DNA of 19,850 nucleotides from a virus (Duplodnaviria; Heunggongvirae; Uroviricota; Caudoviricetes): IMG/VR virus record IMGVR_UViG_2609460156_000001, positions 89,814 to 109,663 of that record; one strand, 5' to 3'. Shown piece by piece: positions 15,846 to 19,850 of this stretch (position 1 is its first letter; each line of letters starts with the position of its first letter). The notes under the pieces were generated by a model. It saw only the letters and a program-made list of their open reading frames with translations, ran no database searches and was not told where the DNA came from. The position numbers and the translations under genes were made by a program.

Positions 15846-15868
15846 GGTGGTTCCGGCAATTTCCCCCG

Positions 15869-15877
15869 TGCTACATT
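15869..15877 (+). promoter_or_regulatory. Candidate extended -10 promoter element for the PAAR operon
   Basis: TG-C-TACATT, 31 nt before the ATG, with GGAG RBS at 15897-15900. No good -35 at canonical spacing. Confidence 0.4.
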
Positions 15878-15908
15878 CCATCGAAAATTTCCTTGTGGAG
15901 AGTTCGAC

Positions 15909-16469
15909 ATGGGGTTTGCGTTTATTTGCGAGGGGGACACGACCACGCATGGGGGGCGTGTGGTCGGCTGTAACGTCGCTAACACGGTTCATGGAAGGGC
16001 AATCGCATTGCTTGGCGACATGGTGACGTGTCCGCGGTGTGGTGGGATTTACCCGATCGTCAGCGTAAAGCGCGAGTTGAACATGACGTTTGGTGATAGG
16101 CCGATTGCTACAGACGGAGACAAGACCGCGTGTGGGGCAACGCTTATCGCGTCGCAAGGCTTCGCCACGGTTGCCCCTACATCAGGGACCGCTGGCGGCA
16201 ATTCGATCGGCGGTGGGAAGAGCGTCGTCCCGCAGTCGATGTCACGAGGGCCGGACAATCTATACCGTGGGCGCTTCCAGGTATTTGACGAGACGACTGG
16301 AGAACCGATCGCGAACCATCCCTACGTTTTGCAAACAGCGGACGGCCGGACAATATCCGGCCAGACCGACGCCGACGGCTACACGCAGTGGCACGAGGCA
16401 AACACGGCTGGATCGTTGCAATTTTCAGCCGAGTCGACTCAGGGGCCGGGCGAAGGCGGTGTTTTATGA
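15909..16469 (+). CDS. PAAR-domain protein with C-terminal extension (T6SS spike tip), 186 aa
   Basis: EGDTTTHGGRVV, IALLGDMVTCPRCGGIYPIV, PIATDGDKTACGATLIAS (His/Cys metal ligands of the PAAR fold). After a Gly/Ser linker comes the beta domain YRGRFQVFDETTGEPIANHPYVL...GQTDADGYT. Confidence 0.93.
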   Translation: MGFAFICEGDTTTHGGRVVGCNVANTVHGRAIALLGDMVTCPRCGGIYPIVSVKRELNMTFGDRPIATDGDKTACGATLIASQGFATVAPTSGTAGGNSIGGGKSVVPQSMSRGPDNLYRGRFQVFDETTGEPIANHPYVLQTADGRTISGQTDADGYTQWHEANTAGSLQFSAESTQGPGEGGVL

Positions 16470-17200
16470 GTGGTCGTGCCTACGGAGCCAACTCCGGTCA
16501 AGGTGGCATGTCGCCGAAGGGCGAAACGACGCCCGTGCGTCTTCGGCCCGCTACACCCGACCCGGTCGATAAAAAGGTCATCTGCAAGGCCGTTTGTGTA
16601 TGCAGTCGAGAGCCAGACACTGGTGCATCGGGCCAAAGCCTCAAGCAGCAGTGCGTTTCGCGCAACCTGCGCGACGTGGATCGGTCGATGGGGTGGAAGA
16701 GCCCGTACAAGTCGGAAGTCAACTACGACATGACGCAGATCCCTCCGTCGCCGATCATGCGCTCCGCGTCTCCCTTGGAGCCGCACCCTTACTTGCCAGG
16801 CTGGATTCAAAAATACTGGCCTGGCGGGAAAGATGCGTATCCCGCTCGCGCCGGTGCTGTTCGGCGCCCCGACGTGGTGATTGTCAAGGACGGATCTCTG
16901 CCGCCAACTCAGGACAACATCAAGAGCGTGGTGGAGATTAAATTCCCGCCTCAAGAAAGGGATCGCGAGCAAGAGGACGACTACGCACGCATTGCCGGTT
17001 CGCCCGAAAAGGTTGCGACTATGGGCCCCGGCGACTGTGACTGCTCCGACGATGACGCCAATGAAAGTCCGCTCCGAGCGGTTTCTGAGGCGCTCTCCGA
17101 ACTCGGGCGTTCCCTGCGTCAACTACTTAACCGCAGTCCTGCTTCCCCGCCTAGCATGGGTGGTTTGCCGTTGCCGCCGCCCCCCATAGTCGTTCCATAA
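16466..17200 (+). CDS. tseV: VRR-NUC PD-(D/E)xK nuclease, TseV-like T6SS antibacterial effector, 244 aa
   Basis: ATG at 16466 overlaps the PAAR stop (ATGA). Contains RRPDVVIV...VVEIKFP...EQEDDYARIAG, a Cys-rich N-terminus (ICKAVCVC, KQQCV) and GDCDC. Lies between PAAR and DUF3396. Confidence 0.85.
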   Translation: MSGRAYGANSGQGGMSPKGETTPVRLRPATPDPVDKKVICKAVCVCSREPDTGASGQSLKQQCVSRNLRDVDRSMGWKSPYKSEVNYDMTQIPPSPIMRSASPLEPHPYLPGWIQKYWPGGKDAYPARAGAVRRPDVVIVKDGSLPPTQDNIKSVVEIKFPPQERDREQEDDYARIAGSPEKVATMGPGDCDCSDDDANESPLRAVSEALSELGRSLRQLLNRSPASPPSMGGLPLPPPPIVVP

Positions 17201-18319
17201 TTGAGCCTTCCTAGCATCGACGCGAATATGGATCAGAATTTTCTCGAATGGGCAAAGGCCAATCAGGGCAAAGCGCTGGTGCCCAATGGTCTTTTGGAAC
17301 CTCGCTACGCAACCGGTGGAATCGGAGCGGCCGTCGTCGTGCGCGCGTCGCTCTATTTTGAGCGTGCATTCGATCCCGCCGTCCGCGCGGCGGTTGCCGA
17401 CTGTTTCGACGACTACTGTGCTGTACCCGAATGCAAATTGACGTTCCTATGGAGTAACGGGAAGGCGGCGCAGCCGTTCGCGCGAGCCAAGCCTCTGCGT
17501 GCAGCAGCCAGTAAGCTCGGTCCTGAGGACCGTTTCGACTTCTGCTACGTTGGCGGGGAGCAAGCCTCGGACGCAAGTTTTTGGAGATTCGAGGTCGTGG
17601 GTCAGCGCCAGTGGCAAGAGAAGATGGGCAATCGCGGTCTCAACTCCCTTGCGTTCTCATGGCCGGTTGTGGCTGTCCAAGAGAACCCCGATGCCTTCGC
17701 AAAACTGTTCTTTGATGCTGCGCGCCGCTTAGATGCCGTTCAAGGTCAGGCGGGCTTCGCCGTCAACCTTTCCCCGACCGCTCCTCACGAGAATGAGGCG
17801 ACCGAATACTGGATCGCGCAAATTATGCCGGGGCTCGATGTCGGCGACCCCGGATCGACTTCAGCCCGCGATCTGAAGGGCAAAATTAAATCCGTCAATT
17901 GGCTGACAGCCATCGGCAAGCCCATGTTGGACACCGTCGGCGGTGTTCGCGCGCTGACGTCGGAACTCCCTCCGAATTGGTTTGCCATTGGTGATTACGG
18001 TGCCGGCGTTATCGTCCGTGCGGGCGTATTGCCTGAGTCGGGTCTCTCCGAGCGCGAGGAGCAACCCCCGTTCTTGCCACCGACCTACGTCGTCCTCGAT
18101 AAGGCACTGCGGCGCGTGCGAGCGGAAAGCATGGACATTCTTCAGCGCGGCACGGTCAACGCCGGCGCGCCGGTCTACAACACGCGCGAATCAACGGCAG
18201 CGTGGCTGCGCCGCTTCGAGGTGGGCGACGACGAATTGCTCAGTGCGAAGGCTGCGATTCTCAAAACGCCGCGTTTGCCCAAAGGCTCGATTCCGAGTAG
18301 TAGTGGCGATCCAGTCTGA
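17201..18319 (+). CDS. tsiV: DUF3396 protein, TsiV-like immunity protein, 372 aa
   Basis: Immediately follows the nuclease (TTG at 17201; alternative ATG at 17228). Contains PGLDVGDP, IKSVNWLTAIG...VGG and GVIVRAG..PE.G...P..Y..LDKALRRVR, typical of DUF3396. Confidence 0.85.
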   Translation: MSLPSIDANMDQNFLEWAKANQGKALVPNGLLEPRYATGGIGAAVVVRASLYFERAFDPAVRAAVADCFDDYCAVPECKLTFLWSNGKAAQPFARAKPLRAAASKLGPEDRFDFCYVGGEQASDASFWRFEVVGQRQWQEKMGNRGLNSLAFSWPVVAVQENPDAFAKLFFDAARRLDAVQGQAGFAVNLSPTAPHENEATEYWIAQIMPGLDVGDPGSTSARDLKGKIKSVNWLTAIGKPMLDTVGGVRALTSELPPNWFAIGDYGAGVIVRAGVLPESGLSEREEQPPFLPPTYVVLDKALRRVRAESMDILQRGTVNAGAPVYNTRESTAAWLRRFEVGDDELLSAKAAILKTPRLPKGSIPSSSGDPV

Positions 18320-18451
18320 TGCATCGGCAGTTCGCCGCGCCGCTCCCGTTTTGGGCGGGCAGTAGGTGGCCGGCGAGAGTGGCGTTCGCCACAGTCGAGC
18401 AGGTATTCGCATCTCATCGGGAAAGTTCTGGTCGTTCATCTTTTGTCCCTG

Positions 18452-19093
18452 CTACGTGATGCGATAGAACGCCTCTTCGCCGCGCTCGACTTCAAGGATG
18501 CGCTTTAACTGGTCGAGCGCGAATAGCTCCATCCCACGTTTCTCTGCCTCAGCTCGAGCTGCGTCGACGAGCTTTTGCGATTTTCCAACAATGTTGTTTC
18601 GCAAATATGCGATCTCGAGAGCCATGCGTTGCTCGAGCGTATGCCGGCCGACCTTCTTGCCTTCCTCGAGACGCCATTTTTCGCGCAGTTCAGCCCACGT
18701 TACCCGCTGAAATTGCGGGACTGATTTCGGCGATGCGCCGGGCGGCGCGTCGTCTGGCGACTCCCAGCGCTTAGACTTGAGCTCTTCGCGGGCACGCCAC
18801 TCGTCCGAAAAGGGCGCGACCGGTTCTCGCATACGGGCGAATGGGGCGGCACGATCGATTTCCTTCTCGACAATGTAGCCAAGCCTCCGTAGCGGCGCCC
18901 CATACTCGAGCAACGACGGATCAATTGCGCGTGCCCGCCGCGACGCATCTGCGATGCAACTGCGGAGCTCCCACAACGTGAGGCGTTGGTGTTGAACTTC
19001 GAGAATCAGCCGTTGGACGTCTGCATACGTGCAGCGCGTCCACCACTCGGTCATCTCGGGTAGTTTGGGAGGGTTGAACGGTGGCAGGATCAT
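18452..19093 (-). CDS. Hypothetical protein with an internal two-fold domain repeat, probably SOS-regulated, 213 aa
   Basis: Fills the gap between tsiV and SRAP, and starts 18 nt downstream of a LexA box on its own strand. Repeat 1 is PPF..EMTEWW..QRLILEV..QR; repeat 2 is PQF..ELREKW..QRMALEI..LR. Confidence 0.75.
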   Translation of the reverse strand: MILPPFNPPKLPEMTEWWTRCTYADVQRLILEVQHQRLTLWELRSCIADASRRARAIDPSLLEYGAPLRRLGYIVEKEIDRAAPFARMREPVAPFSDEWRAREELKSKRWESPDDAPPGASPKSVPQFQRVTWAELREKWRLEEGKKVGRHTLEQRMALEIAYLRNNIVGKSQKLVDAARAEAEKRGMELFALDQLKRILEVERGEEAFYRIT

Positions 19094-19111
19094 TTCGTAA
19101 TACGAGAAAAC

Positions 19112-19127
19112 CTGTAATTTTATACAG
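19112..19127. promoter_or_regulatory. LexA (SOS) box
   Basis: CTGT-AATTTTAT-ACAG. The minus strand reads TACTGTATAAAATTACAG, close to the E. coli-type consensus TACTGTATATATATACAGTA. It overlaps a minus-strand TATACT -10 at 19126-19131 and lies between divergent genes. Confidence 0.85.
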
Positions 19128-19178
19128 TATATCTTGGACTATGATGAAGTGATCCATCCCCTGAAAAGAGGTGCCGTC

Positions 19179-19850
19179 GTGTGCACCAACTATCGCGCCC
19201 CTGACGAAGATCCGGGTATCAGCGAGCTCCGGCTTGGTCTGATCGACCTATGGAAGAGAACGCCTTGGGAGCCCGAGATTTACCCGGACTATCTTGCGCC
19301 CACGGTGGCGATGATCGATGGGCGCGTCGAGGCGTTCCTCGCGGGGTTCGGCTATTGGCCGCGTGCGCTGCAGAAAGCGAACATAGAAAAAGCGAAGGCC
19401 GAGGGCAAAGCGCCGCCGATTATGCGTAGCACAATGAACGTGCGCGACGACAACCTCGGGCAATCGCCGCTATACGGGCCGGCGTGGCGCGCGGGTCGCC
19501 GCTGCCTGATTCCGGCGCGATGGATTTACGAACCATGCTACGAGACCGGCCGAAACGTCTGGCATCGAATCGGCCTGACTGATTGGCGGCCGTATTGTGT
19601 TGCAGGGATCTGGCGCACGCTGAAGAGTGAGGATGGAAGAGAGACGCACACGATGGCGATGATCACCGTCAACGCCGAGGGCGATCCCATCATGTCGCGC
19701 ATGCATAAGCCCGGCGACGAAAAGCGATCGGTCGTCATACTTCGGCCGGACGATTGGGAAGAGTGGCTCACGACGTCGAATGCTGAAGCCGCTCGCGCGA
19801 TGTTGCAGCTCTATCCCGCGGGCGACATGGTTGCAGCGCCAGCACCGTGA
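19179..19850 (+). CDS. SOS-response-associated peptidase (SRAP; YedK/HMCES family), 223 aa
   Basis: GTG at 19179 with GAGG at 19168-19171 gives M-C-T-N-Y, placing the catalytic Cys at position 2. Contains TMNVRDD, RRCLIPARWIYEP, AGIW, TMAMITVNA and MSRMHKPGDEKRSVVIL. The ORF-track start at 19134 would bury the Cys. Confidence 0.92.
   Translation: MCTNYRAPDEDPGISELRLGLIDLWKRTPWEPEIYPDYLAPTVAMIDGRVEAFLAGFGYWPRALQKANIEKAKAEGKAPPIMRSTMNVRDDNLGQSPLYGPAWRAGRRCLIPARWIYEPCYETGRNVWHRIGLTDWRPYCVAGIWRTLKSEDGRETHTMAMITVNAEGDPIMSRMHKPGDEKRSVVILRPDDWEEWLTTSNAEAARAMLQLYPAGDMVAAPAP

Larger units (their letters stand above)
1..19850 (+). mobile_element. Lambdoid (Siphoviridae-type) prophage/phage segment: tail, lysis and moron region; extends beyond both window edges
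   Basis: Lambda-like gene order T-H-M-(fibre)-L-K-I-J with ATGA/GTGA/TTGA/TGATG overlaps, followed by holin-endolysin-Rz/Rz1. No host housekeeping genes and no att site seen. Resemblance to Burkholderia phiE125/phi1026b is from recall. Confidence 0.95.

Noticed and set aside
15909-16469. PAAR as a structural tip of this phage's own tail
   Set aside because: The tail is non-contractile lambda-type with gpJ and no gp5/VgrG spike. PAAR lies outside the tail operon and is coupled to an effector-immunity pair.
16439-17122. 227-aa minus-strand ORF over the nuclease gene as a possible antisense antitoxin
   Set aside because: No recognisable motifs or RBS, and DUF3396 already explains immunity.
13952-17200. 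Methyltransferase plus VRR-NUC nuclease as a restriction-modification pair
   Set aside because: They are separated by another gene and a terminator, and the nuclease has T6SS context on both sides.
18320-18451. Bidirectional terminator between convergent tsiV and the minus-strand gene
   Set aside because: Only short stems (for example GTGGC-gttc-GCCAC) without U tracts on either strand.
1-19850. tRNA, rRNA, CRISPR array, IS element or att site
   Set aside because: No cloverleaf, regular repeat-spacer array, transposase or integrase was seen.

Overview
The window is one continuous piece of a high-GC lambdoid siphophage or prophage. From memory of gene order and content it resembles the Burkholderia phiE125/phi1026b group; this is not confirmed by any search. 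Bases 1-12525 are tail genes: gpT-like, a 1354-aa tape measure, gpM, an inserted fibre gene with an S74 self-cleaving chaperone, gpL, gpK, gpI, gpJ and two tip-associated genes. Bases 12568-13809 are a phage-21-type lysis cassette (pinholin-like holin, SAR endolysin, Rz with embedded Rz1). To the right lies an accessory (moron) region: a D12-class adenine methyltransferase behind a highly structured leader; a lipoprotein that looks like a catalytically dead SGNH-fold protein; a complete PAAR / VRR-NUC nuclease (TseV-like) / DUF3396 immunity (TsiV-like) type VI secretion effector cassette; and a divergent gene pair (tandem-domain unknown protein plus SRAP/YedK-like protein) sharing a strong LexA box. 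The most notable element is the phage-borne T6SS weapon cassette, which could only work by loading onto the host's T6SS. Several ORF-track starts were corrected using overlaps and ribosome-binding sites. No searches or folding programs were run; family calls rest on motifs read by eye.
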